Shown: in pieces, positions 7,751 to 16,388 of the stretch
Numbering within the stretch: the stretch's first letter is position 1
Layout: every line of letters begins with the position of its first letter
Assembly (NCBI GenBank): GCA_001304425.1
Contig: LJTS01000001.1
Coordinates: forward strand, 1-33,740
Origin: Betaproteobacteria bacterium SG8_40
GTDB lineage: Bacteria > Pseudomonadota > Gammaproteobacteria > Burkholderiales > Eutrophovitaceae
Length of the DNA: 33,740 bases
Direction of reading: 5' to 3'
Notes under the pieces: model-generated
What the model saw: only the letters and a program-made list of their open reading frames with translations
Databases searched by the model: none
What the model was told of the DNA's origin: nothing
Position numbers and translations under genes: made by a program

Positions 7751-9661
7751 GTGGATTTTTTCCAGGCCCAGGACTCGGCGCGGCGCAATACCAGAAGCCT
7801 GGTGTTTTTTTTCGCAATGGCGGTGCTCAGCCTGATCGTGATCACCAATGTGCTGGTGATGGTGCTGTTCGGTTTTCTTCGGACCGGGGAGCAGGGCCTT
7901 ACGTTAGGGGTCATTGCAGCGCAGTTTGACTGGGAAGTGTTCTTCCTCATCGGGGCCGCTGTTTCATTCGTGATACTGGCGGGCAGTGTTTACAAGACGA
8001 TCGCGTTGTCCGCGGGCGGCCCGGCCGTGGCCGAATCCCTGGGCGGACGGTTGATCAGCCAGAGCACAACGGATCTGCACGAACGCAAGGCGCTCAACGT
8101 GGTGGAGGAAATGGCGATTGCGTCCGGCACGCCGGTGCCGCCGGTCTACCTGCTCGACAATGAGCCGGGAATCAACGCGTTTGCCGCCGGGTTCACGCCC
8201 GGCGACGCGGTGGTGGGGCTGACCCGCGGCACGATCGCCTACCTGTCGCGCGACGAGTTGCAGGGCGTGGTGGCACATGAGTTCAGCCACATCCTGCACG
8301 GTGACATGCGCCTCAACATGCGGCTGATCGGGGTTCTGCACGGCATTCTTCTGATCGGACTGATCGGCTATTTCATTCTCAGGTCGGTGCGCGGCGGCTC
8401 GAACAGGAATGCGGGTCCGATTCTTGGGCTCGGCATGGGGCTGCTGGTCATCGGCTATGCGGGCACGTTCTTCGGCAACCTCATCAAGGCGTCAGTCAGT
8501 CGCCAGCGGGAGTTCCTCGCCGACGCCTCGGCAGTCCAGTTCACCAGGAACAACGAAGGCATTGCCGGTGCGCTGAAGAAAATCGGCGGATACGCAGCGG
8601 GCTCGGTGCTGGAGACCGCGGAAGCGCCGACCATGAGTCACGCGTATTTCAGCACTGGTGTGAGCTCGTTCCTGCAATCGGTGTTCGCGACGCATCCACC
8701 GCTGGACAAGCGCATCCGGCGAATCGACCCTCGCTGGGACGGTTTCTACGTGCCCGTGACGCAAGAGGTCGACGATAGCGCCCAGGCGGAAACATCAGGC
8801 GCCGACGAACCCGCAGCGCGAGCGATGCATACCGCGTCGGGCGTGATTATCGCCAGCGAGATCCTCGACAGGATCGGCAAGACCGGTCCGGCACAACTCG
8901 ACTACGCCGCCAGGCTGGTGAAAGAGATTTCCCCGCTCGTCCGTGAAGCCGTCCATGACCCCTATGGTGCGCGCGCTGTCATCTATTGCCTGATCATCGA
9001 CGGGCAACACAGGGAAGTTCGGGATGCCCAGCTGCAGCGGCTGCAAAGCCTCGGCGATAGCGGCATCCGCGAACTCGTCGACAAGATGCAAGCCGCGGTC
9101 AAGTCGCTCGATGTCAGCTACCGACTGCCATTGATCGACATGGCGATGCCGGCAATGCGCCAGTTGTCCCGCCCGCAGTACCAACTCTTCAGGAAGAATC
9201 TCCTGTTCCTGATGCAAGCGGACAAGCGCATCGACCTGTTCGAATGGTCACTGCAGAAAATACTGTTTCATCACCTCGACGCGCACTTTGGCAGGCCCGG
9301 TAAACGGGTGGCAAAATACAGTTCTATCGAGAGACTGCGCATGCATGTGGCTGCGCTGCTGAGTGTTCTCGTCCATGCCTGCGTAAAGGACGGGACCGAG
9401 GTTCAGTCGGCTCTCGAAAGCGCGGAGCAGGATCTGGGACTGTCCGGGTTGACATTGTTGCCTCGCGAGGAGATCAGCTTGCAAACGCTCGATGCGGCGG
9501 TCGATCATCTGGCTTTGTTGAAACCGCTGCTCAAGCCGCGTGTGTTGAAGGCTTGCCTGACAGTCATTACCCGTGACCGGGAGTATTCTCCCAATGAGAT
9601 GGAGTTGATGCGGGCCATCGGCAACGTGCTCGACTGCCCGGTGCCGCCTTACGCGGGGTGA
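7751..9661 (+). CDS. M48 family (HtpX-like) zinc metallopeptidase with a long helical C-terminal extension
   Basis: GTG start. Two N-terminal TM helices, HEFSH zinc motif at nt 8275-8289, further TM helices, then an extension of about 300 aa. Confidence 0.9.
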   Translation: MDFFQAQDSARRNTRSLVFFFAMAVLSLIVITNVLVMVLFGFLRTGEQGLTLGVIAAQFDWEVFFLIGAAVSFVILAGSVYKTIALSAGGPAVAESLGGRLISQSTTDLHERKALNVVEEMAIASGTPVPPVYLLDNEPGINAFAAGFTPGDAVVGLTRGTIAYLSRDELQGVVAHEFSHILHGDMRLNMRLIGVLHGILLIGLIGYFILRSVRGGSNRNAGPILGLGMGLLVIGYAGTFFGNLIKASVSRQREFLADASAVQFTRNNEGIAGALKKIGGYAAGSVLETAEAPTMSHAYFSTGVSSFLQSVFATHPPLDKRIRRIDPRWDGFYVPVTQEVDDSAQAETSGADEPAARAMHTASGVIIASEILDRIGKTGPAQLDYAARLVKEISPLVREAVHDPYGARAVIYCLIIDGQHREVRDAQLQRLQSLGDSGIRELVDKMQAAVKSLDVSYRLPLIDMAMPAMRQLSRPQYQLFRKNLLFLMQADKRIDLFEWSLQKILFHHLDAHFGRPGKRVAKYSSIERLRMHVAALLSVLVHACVKDGTEVQSALESAEQDLGLSGLTLLPREEISLQTLDAAVDHLALLKPLLKPRVLKACLTVITRDREYSPNEMELMRAIGNVLDCPVPPYAG

Positions 9662-9663
9662 AT

Positions 9664-9692
9664 CGACCGCAAACGGCGGTCGTGTGTTTTTT
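9664..9692 (+). terminator. rho-independent terminator after the M48 gene
   Basis: CGACCGC (9664-9670) pairs with GCGGTCG (9676-9682) across a 5-nt loop, followed by TGTGTTTTTT. Confidence 0.6.
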
Positions 9693-9776
9693 GCCGAAGT
9701 TGCAATGCACGCTTGTCGGATGCGGACGCAGCGGCGAGACTATGAGGCAGTGATGGAGAACAGGAAGGGGAGCACC

Positions 9777-10385
9777 ATGTTGACCAAACAGATCGCTGCG
9801 GCGGCATTGATCATGGCATTGCCCGCTTTCGCATCGGCGAAGGAATCGGCGGTGACCGTCTATGGCGGTTTTCGCGACGGCGGCAGTTTTACCGACGCCG
9901 GCACGGGCCAGAAATTGAGCCTGGACAGCAGTGCTGCGGGTTCGCTTGCCGTGGACATCGGCCTTGACACCTCGCGACAGTTGCAGTTTTTCGTGAGTTA
10001 TCAGCCTACGGATCTGAAGCTGCGGGGTACGTCCTCAGCGGCGGGTGACACGCTCGGCATGAGCGTGACTTATTTGCACGTTGGCGGCACCAGCTTCTTT
10101 TCCGGTCCGGCCGGAAAGGGACCCTATGTGGTAGGCGGTCTTGGTGCGACGGTGTTTGATCCCGACGGAACATACGACACGGAAGTCCGCGCGTCGCTCA
10201 ATCTCGGCCTCGGCTACCAGGTCCCGCTGGGCAAGAAGTTTGCGGTGCGCTTCGAGGCGCGCGGCTACGCCACGCTTGTCAACAGCAGCGGCGGGTTGTT
10301 TTGCTCGGGCGGGTGCATCATTTCCATCGAGGGCGATGTCGTCACGCAAGGCGAGGCGATGCTGGGTCTGTCTGCGCGTTTCTGA
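9777..10385 (+). CDS. small outer-membrane beta-barrel protein
   Basis: ATG at 9777 after AGGAAGGGGAG. Signal peptide ...ALPAFASA, alternating hydrophobic strands, aromatic C-terminus ...LGLSARF. Confidence 0.75.
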   Translation: MLTKQIAAAALIMALPAFASAKESAVTVYGGFRDGGSFTDAGTGQKLSLDSSAAGSLAVDIGLDTSRQLQFFVSYQPTDLKLRGTSSAAGDTLGMSVTYLHVGGTSFFSGPAGKGPYVVGGLGATVFDPDGTYDTEVRASLNLGLGYQVPLGKKFAVRFEARGYATLVNSSGGLFCSGGCIISIEGDVVTQGEAMLGLSARF

Positions 10386-10456
10386 CCGGGTGGTCCGGGT
10401 GGCTGGTTCTTTCCTGCGCCCGCCCGGATTACGGAATCGGCCTCCAGACGAGGAGG

Positions 10457-11056
10457 TTAATTCTCTCCCATCGCCATCATCGTTTTCTCGTCCGGTTTCG
10501 ACGAGGCCTGTTTGCCCCAGTAGCTGATGTCGATGTCGTAACTCACCACGCCTTCAGAAACTTCCCATTCGTTGATATCGAAACGCACGAAAGCGAGCTT
10601 GCTTCCGTCGGCGGGCTTATCCAGAGTCGCGATTCTGAATTCGGACCGGATCGGCGGGTTGCCTTCGGTCGAATCGGGCGAGGTTGTCAGGCCCAGATAG
10701 AGACGCTTGCCGTCAAGTTCCGGTTGATTCAGAAAATCCAGGATGCGTGCTGCAAATTCGGAGCGGTCGGCCGCGGTGGCATCGAGAATAAAGGAGCCGG
10801 TGAACCCGTCACGCAACGGCGGCGACCGGAATGGCTGGACATTCGCATCGGCATTGATGCGGTCCCATCGCGGAGCATTCGCGGTGGCGACGTAGACGTG
10901 GCTGAATCGCGACATTTCGGCACTGCCGACTCCCACGGTTTCGCGATAGTTCTGCCGATCCAGCAGAATCGCGCCTTCCTGTGCAACGGTAGAGCCGATT
11001 ACGGCGAGACCCACCAGGGGGGTGCAAATTGCCAATCCAAGTCTGTTCAAGAGCAT
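10457..11056 (-). CDS. secreted hypothetical protein
   Basis: ATG at 11056 preceded by AGGAGG. Signal peptide MLLNRLGLAICTPLVGLAVIGSTVAQE. No family recognised. Confidence 0.6.
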   Translation of the reverse strand: MLLNRLGLAICTPLVGLAVIGSTVAQEGAILLDRQNYRETVGVGSAEMSRFSHVYVATANAPRWDRINADANVQPFRSPPLRDGFTGSFILDATAADRSEFAARILDFLNQPELDGKRLYLGLTTSPDSTEGNPPIRSEFRIATLDKPADGSKLAFVRFDINEWEVSEGVVSYDIDISYWGKQASSKPDEKTMMAMGEN

Positions 11057-11318
11057 CCTCGCAACCTCCTTTCGCAACTCGTAATGCACTCCTGTCTCTT
11101 GTGTTTGCGCGGAATTTACGCGATTTGCGTACCGAGTCAATTGAAGATAGAGCCATAATCCTTGAAGTTACTTTAAGTTGATGTGCTAACCTTTTTGGAA
11201 GGTGGAGATAACCCCTGGCTAACCTGGTGCTGTTTTTTTTCAACAATGGCTGTGTGCCGGACGGAGCGAGGAATCCGTGGCACTTCTGTTGATTCCGAAC
11301 TGACGACAAGGAGGCAAA

Positions 11319-11711
11319 GTGTCGACTTCTCAACGCAGTCACAGCAAGCTGATGGGCTACATTCTCTGGATATTCGGCTTCATGGGTGCGCACCGTTTCT
11401 ACTACGGTCGGCCGGTATCAGGGACGATCTATTTTTTCACCCTGGGTGTGTTCCTTATCGGGTGGATTGTCGATCTTTTCCTGATCCCGGCGATGGACCG
11501 TGACGCGGACCAGCGCTACATCGCGGGAGAGAAGAGCTACAACGTTGCCTGGATTCTCCTGACGTTTCTCGGAATACTTGGTGTTCACCGGCTTTATCTT
11601 GGCAAATGGCCGACGGCACTGCTGTGGTTTCTCACCGGCGGTTTGTTTCTCCTAGGATATCTTTACGATTACTGGACTCTGAACGAGCAAATTGACGAGG
11701 CCAACAGATAG
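11319..11711 (+). CDS. TM2 domain-containing membrane protein (two tandem TM2 modules)
   Basis: GTG start after AAGGAGG. Two copies of the TM2 pattern: GAHRFYYGR...W.VD and GVHRLYLGK...YDYW. Confidence 0.85.
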   Translation: MSTSQRSHSKLMGYILWIFGFMGAHRFYYGRPVSGTIYFFTLGVFLIGWIVDLFLIPAMDRDADQRYIAGEKSYNVAWILLTFLGILGVHRLYLGKWPTALLWFLTGGLFLLGYLYDYWTLNEQIDEANR

Positions 11712-11953
11712 TAAAGCCGCGCTGCGATCTCGTTGCTCGTGCCAGGGAGGCGCAGGCAGCGGGCGACGACGCATTTGAGCGGGCGATGATCCGCCGGCCA
11801 GGAACTCTGCGAGGCCTCGATGCTCGTGTCCGTGCAAGGGGAGGCATGGACGTGTGTTTCCGCCGGTCGCGACGACGCGTCGCGTTATCGTGGATGTGTT
11901 ACGTGTGTGAATCGGCGCGCGCCGGATCGGTATGTTGCCTGTTTCAATGTGAC

Positions 11954-11987
11954 TATAATCGTGGCGTCGATTTGAGGAGGTGTTGTG
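11954..11987 (+). promoter_or_regulatory. perfect -10 hexamer plus consensus SD in the leader of the giant gene
   Basis: TATAAT at 11954-11959 with no good -35. GAGGAGG at 11974-11980, followed by GTG at 11985. Confidence 0.25.
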
Positions 11988-12152
11988 TCCGGCCAGAGCA
12001 CGCCCCAACAGGTTCGTGCCGGCAACGGACTCGAAAGCGCGCATGAGCGACAGGATCATTGGGATTGCATGGCTGCCCCTGTTTTTTCCGAGCCAGACCC
12101 CGGGTTGCACCGGGCGCGCCGACCACGAGTCGCGGGATAACGGAGTGCTCCG

Positions 12153-14912
12153 TTGAGCAGGCTCCTCGAATCGCTCAAGCGGGCCGAACGCAAGAGACAG
12201 CAACAGAAAGACGGAGCATCCGGTCCGGCGCCGCTGGATACACCCGGTGAACTCACGCATCCCGAAACGCAAGCGGCATCCCTGCCGGACGCAGTACCTG
12301 CCGGGACAACCCCTGCCACGCCATCGAGCACGCAGACACTGCCGGGATCTGATGACGCGGTCCTTGAACCGGTATGGAGCAGCGCGTCCGGTGACTTTGA
12401 CGTCGCTGATGTAGCGCTATCGCCAGAGCGCGATGCGGGCACAGACGTACAAGGCAAGCCTGTTCCCCAAGCGGCCAAATGGCCGGCCAACGCCGTCGAC
12501 AAAGACGTTGTGCGTCCAAAGCGGGCCGGCGTGATACGCAAAGGCGGGCAAGCCGGGGCACAGTATTCATTGATCAATGCGGCGCTTGCGCGCGAGCAAG
12601 CCGGCCACGACGGGCGCGAGGCGACCTCGATTCAGGTGCGCGCCGAGTTCGAAGCAATGCGGGAGGCACAAATACGTGCGCGTGCCGACGCCAATGCCGA
12701 GGCACAAGCGCGTATGCGAACTCGCGAGGAGGCCGAACTCAAGTCGGCTATCAGGGAACGTATCGCCGCCGAGCGCGAAGCGCAGTCTGTCGCGCAGGCC
12801 AGAATCGACGCGCAGCGCGAAGCGCTGCAAGCAACTCGGGCCAGGGAGCAGGCCGAACGCGACCTGGAGACAGCCGCGCGCGAGCGGGCGAATGCCGAAG
12901 CCGAGGCCGACAAACTCGCGGCCACCGCGGCAGCGGCGAGAAGGGCCGATGCCGAAGCGGCCGTCACCGCGAAGCAAAAACTCGAAGTCGAGCGTGCCGC
13001 GAGGAAACAGGCCGAGGCGCGGATCGCGGCGGAGCAAAAATCGGAAACGGAAGCGGTGCAACGCATCGCGGCGGAGGAGGCGGCACAGGCTGAAGCCAAA
13101 ACGCGCAGGGAAGCGGAGCGCAAGGCCGAGTCCTTGGCAAAGGCGAGAATCAAGGCCGAGCGCAAGCTGCTCGTCAAGGCTGCCGCCCGGCTCGAAGCGG
13201 AGCAGGCAGCAACCAGGGCGGCGGCATTACGCGCGCAAGCGGATTCCGACGCCGCAGCGGTCGCGCATGACCGGGAGCAGGCGGAGCGGCTCGCTGCGGA
13301 ACAGGTCGCCAAGCGGATTGCAGCGGAGCGCGAAGCCGCCGCAGCAGCAGTGGCGAGAGCCGACGCAACGGGCAAAGCGCAGGCAGCAGCTGCGTCAAGG
13401 GCGGCAGCGGAGCGTGAGGCAATGTCACGGACGGCGGTTGAACTGAGAGCGCAACTGGAGACCCAGCGTGAAGCAGTTGCTGCGGCCAAAGCGTTGAGCG
13501 CGCTCGAGGCAAAAACCCTGGCCGATGCGCAGGAGCGGCAACGCCTCGAGAAAGAACTGGAGACCGCAGCGCGAGCGCGTGCCGAAGCGGATGCCGAAGC
13601 AGCGACTGCAGCGCGGGCGCGAGCCGAGGCCGACAGCAAGGCCGCGGATCAACAGGCGGCGAAACAGGCTGCCGAGCGCGATGCCGAGCAGTCGGCAAAG
13701 GCCAGATTGCTTGCCGAACAGCGCGCCAGCGAGGAACTCGCCGCGCGTATCGAGGCCGAGCGCCGCAGCGAGGCGCGCGCAAAGGAAAGACTCGAGGCCG
13801 AGCGCCTTGCAGAGGCGGTTGCAAGAGAAAATGCGCAAGCCGAACGCGTGGCTGAAGCGCAGGAAAAGGAGAGAATCGAGGCTGAGCGCGATGCGATCGT
13901 TCAGGCGCACGCACGCGGTGACGCGGAGCGGGCACTCGGAGAGGCGGCAAAGGCGCGTGCCGAGGCGGACGCGCTCGCAGCGCAACTGGCGGGTCAGCGC
14001 GCCGAGGCGCAGCCATTGCTGCACGAGCAAGCGCAAGAGCGGGTGCTTGCGGAGAAAACCGCGGCCGAAGCAGCCGGAAAGCTCGCTGCGCAGGAACAAC
14101 ATGCGCAACGCGAAACGGCGGCCCGGGTCAACGCCGAAGAAGCAGCCGAGCATGCGGCGAAGCAGAGAATCGAAATCGAGCTTCGCAGGGAAGCAGAAGC
14201 GCAGCGCACACGCGAGCGCGAGCGTGCGCTGGAGCAAGCCGCTGCCCGCCGCGCCGAACAGGAAGCGCTGGCCCTGGAGCAGGTGGCTCGACGCGAGGAG
14301 GCGCACGCGCGAGCGCACGCAGCGATGCAATCGCGGATCGAAGCAGTTGGCCGCCAGATTGCGCAGGCGAAGGCGTTGCGGGCCGCGCAAACTCGCGAAG
14401 CGCGCGCTGCGCGAACGGCCGAAAAACTGGCGGCGAAAGAGCAGGCGCTTGCGCAAAAGCTTGCGGCCGCCGAGGAACGCAACGCCGCAAGTATCCGCTT
14501 GCGGGAGCAGGCGGAACAGCGCCGCGACAGCGCAAGACGGCGCAAGGCGGAAGCCGAAGAAGCTCTTGCGGCCATTGTCGAAGAACGCCGGCGCAGCGAA
14601 CAGCGCGCAGTTGATGCTCGCCGCCAGCGGGCATCCGGTCCCGAGCTTTCGCAACAACCAGCCGCGGGGCGCATTGGCCCCCGATTACGCCTGGCACGCC
14701 CTGCGCAATTGCTGACCACCCTTGCGGTGGTCGCGCTGCTGGTCGGCATTGCTGCGTTGCTGAACGATGCGCCGGAGCCCGCCAGAATATCCGGGCAAGA
14801 CACCTTGTCCGGCGCGTTGCCGTTGAAAATCGACGATGATCTTGCCGGGTTCTCGGCGAGTTTGAGCGCAGTGGAGGCGGCGCGCCGGCATGCTACCGAA
14901 CAGGTCCGTTGA
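12153..14912 (+). CDS. 919-aa tail-anchored Ala/Glu/Arg/Gln-rich coiled-coil or single-alpha-helix protein, unknown function
   Basis: TTG start with ACGGAG 7 nt upstream. This is the only frame with a protein-like product, and it has one TM helix, LLTTLAVVALLVGIAALL (nt 14709-14762), plus a 49-aa tail. Confidence 0.8.
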   Translation: MSRLLESLKRAERKRQQQKDGASGPAPLDTPGELTHPETQAASLPDAVPAGTTPATPSSTQTLPGSDDAVLEPVWSSASGDFDVADVALSPERDAGTDVQGKPVPQAAKWPANAVDKDVVRPKRAGVIRKGGQAGAQYSLINAALAREQAGHDGREATSIQVRAEFEAMREAQIRARADANAEAQARMRTREEAELKSAIRERIAAEREAQSVAQARIDAQREALQATRAREQAERDLETAARERANAEAEADKLAATAAAARRADAEAAVTAKQKLEVERAARKQAEARIAAEQKSETEAVQRIAAEEAAQAEAKTRREAERKAESLAKARIKAERKLLVKAAARLEAEQAATRAAALRAQADSDAAAVAHDREQAERLAAEQVAKRIAAEREAAAAAVARADATGKAQAAAASRAAAEREAMSRTAVELRAQLETQREAVAAAKALSALEAKTLADAQERQRLEKELETAARARAEADAEAATAARARAEADSKAADQQAAKQAAERDAEQSAKARLLAEQRASEELAARIEAERRSEARAKERLEAERLAEAVARENAQAERVAEAQEKERIEAERDAIVQAHARGDAERALGEAAKARAEADALAAQLAGQRAEAQPLLHEQAQERVLAEKTAAEAAGKLAAQEQHAQRETAARVNAEEAAEHAAKQRIEIELRREAEAQRTRERERALEQAAARRAEQEALALEQVARREEAHARAHAAMQSRIEAVGRQIAQAKALRAAQTREARAARTAEKLAAKEQALAQKLAAAEERNAASIRLREQAEQRRDSARRRKAEAEEALAAIVEERRRSEQRAVDARRQRASGPELSQQPAAGRIGPRLRLARPAQLLTTLAVVALLVGIAALLNDAPEPARISGQDTLSGALPLKIDDDLAGFSASLSAVEAARRHATEQVR

Positions 14913-14960
14913 GAACGGCGGTGCAACCGCGCAGGCTGTCGGCCGCAGACTGGCGCCGGC

Positions 14961-15728
14961 ATGAAGCCGGCAGCCGTGCGGAACTGGGTCGATGAAGCGC
15001 GGCGCGTTGTAGCGCTCACCGGCGCAGGCATTTCGACCGAGTCGGGAATTCCCGATTTTCGTGGGCCTCAGGGGGTATGGACGAAAGATCCCCTCGCGGA
15101 GAAACTTTCTGATATCCGTTACTACATGTCAGACGCGGAAGTGCGCAAGGCCGCCTGGCGTTCGCGTCTTTCGCATCCGGCGTGGCACGCAAAGCCGAAC
15201 CGGGGGCATATGGCATTGGCGGCGCTGGAGCGCGCCGGGAGCCTGCATGCGCTGATCACCCAGAATATCGACGGGCTGCACCAGTTGGCGGGTAACTCGC
15301 CGGACAAGGTGATCGAGGTGCACGGTACCGTGCGCGATGTGGTGTGCATGGCTTGCGGTGCGATATCGCCGATGCCGCTTACCCTCGACAGGGTAAAGGC
15401 GGGAGAGGCGGACCCAGCCTGCCTGGACTGCGGAGGCATCCTGAAGAGCGCAACGATTTCCTTTGGACAGGCGCTGGTACCCGAAGTGATCGAGCATGCG
15501 ATGTCTTCTGCCGGGCAAGCCGAGGTGTTTTTTGCCATCGGCAGCAGCCTGCAGGTGTATCCGATTGCCGGTGCGCTGCCGGCGGCTCGTGCCGCAGGCG
15601 CGAGAATCGTCATCGTCAATGCGCAGCCGACACCGTTCGATAACATGGCCGATGCCGTTTTCCGAGAGCCCATTGGCGAGATTCTGCCGCGGCTTCTGGG
15701 GGTAGGCGACGCGACAGCCGGTGACTAG
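14961..15728 (+). CDS. cobB: NAD-dependent protein deacylase, SIR2 family (CobB-like sirtuin)
   Basis: GAGISTESGIPDFRG, ITQNIDGLH, catalytic HG, and a Cys4 zinc ribbon (CMACG ... CLDCGG). Confidence 0.92.
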   Translation: MKPAAVRNWVDEARRVVALTGAGISTESGIPDFRGPQGVWTKDPLAEKLSDIRYYMSDAEVRKAAWRSRLSHPAWHAKPNRGHMALAALERAGSLHALITQNIDGLHQLAGNSPDKVIEVHGTVRDVVCMACGAISPMPLTLDRVKAGEADPACLDCGGILKSATISFGQALVPEVIEHAMSSAGQAEVFFAIGSSLQVYPIAGALPAARAAGARIVIVNAQPTPFDNMADAVFREPIGEILPRLLGVGDATAGD

Positions 15729-15908
15729 CTGGCTTGCCCGTCCCCGCGATTCGGGATCACAATTGGCGATCGGTGCTCGAATTGGTGAGGGGCCCCAATC
15801 GCGTGATCGTATCGCCGCTATGGCTGGGCGGGCAGCAGTAAAGCCGGATTGCGCCCGCACGGTTTGGTGACCGATACAATAGGCCGACTCACACACAGGA
15901 GCCGGTTC

Positions 15909-16325
15909 ATGAGCGAGCGTACCAAACGGGATATTTTCGAGTCTGGCCTTGCGTTGCGCCGCGAGGTGCTTGGCGATGATTACGTTGATCGCGCCTTTGC
16001 GCTGAAAGACGCGTTCAACGAAGCGGTTCAGGATTACGTGACGACCCATGCCTGGGGTGCAACATGGGCCCGGCGTAACGAAGATGGCGAACTTGCCCTG
16101 CCGAAGAAGACCCGGTCCATCATGAATCTCGCCATGCTCGCTGCCATCAACCGGCCGCACGAACTGGAGATTCACTTGCGTGGCGCCATCAACAACGGGG
16201 TGACGAAGCAGGAAATGCTGGAGATCTTTCTTCACGTCGCCACGTACGCAGGCGCGCCGGCAATGCTCGATGGCGTGCGCGTCGCCCGCAAGGTGTGGGC
16301 GGAACACGAAGGCAAGGCGCGCTGA
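15909..16325 (+). CDS. carboxymuconolactone decarboxylase (CMD) family protein
   Basis: ATG at 15909 after AGGAG. The segments RSIMNLAMLAAINRPHELEIHLRGAINNGVTKQEMLEIFLHVATYAGAPA match the CMD/PcaC-type pattern. Confidence 0.85.
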   Translation: MSERTKRDIFESGLALRREVLGDDYVDRAFALKDAFNEAVQDYVTTHAWGATWARRNEDGELALPKKTRSIMNLAMLAAINRPHELEIHLRGAINNGVTKQEMLEIFLHVATYAGAPAMLDGVRVARKVWAEHEGKAR

Positions 16326-16388
16326 GCTGGCGCCTGCGGCACTCCCTTACCGTTTCGGTCAGGCAGGCATCAAGGCCTCTGCATTCAC

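Noticed and set aside
11652-12272. A 206-aa minus-strand ORF covering the leader of the giant gene.
   Set aside because: It has no SD and a junk-like sequence. It overlaps the 3' end of the TM2 gene and the 5' end of the giant gene.
12479-15031. Many long ORFs in other frames and on the opposite strand across the giant gene, for example 12632-13639(-), 13425-14657(-) at 410 aa, 13525-14715(+) and 13994-15031(-).
   Set aside because: The GCN/GAR/CGN-rich low-complexity DNA is a stop-codon desert in all six frames. The alternative products are Arg/Pro/Ser/Cys junk without starts, SDs or TM logic. Only the 12153 frame gives a coherent protein.
14961-15728. The SIR2 domain protein as a possible anti-phage (Thoeris/DSR-like) effector.
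   Set aside because: It is a short, canonical sirtuin with an intact NAD pocket, catalytic His and Cys4 zinc ribbon. It has no fused sensor domain, and no partner defence gene is nearby. A housekeeping CobB-like deacylase is the economical reading.
15129-16307. A 392-aa minus-strand ORF spanning the sirtuin and CMD genes.
   Set aside because: It is antisense to two genes that have unmistakable family motifs, and its product is junk-like.
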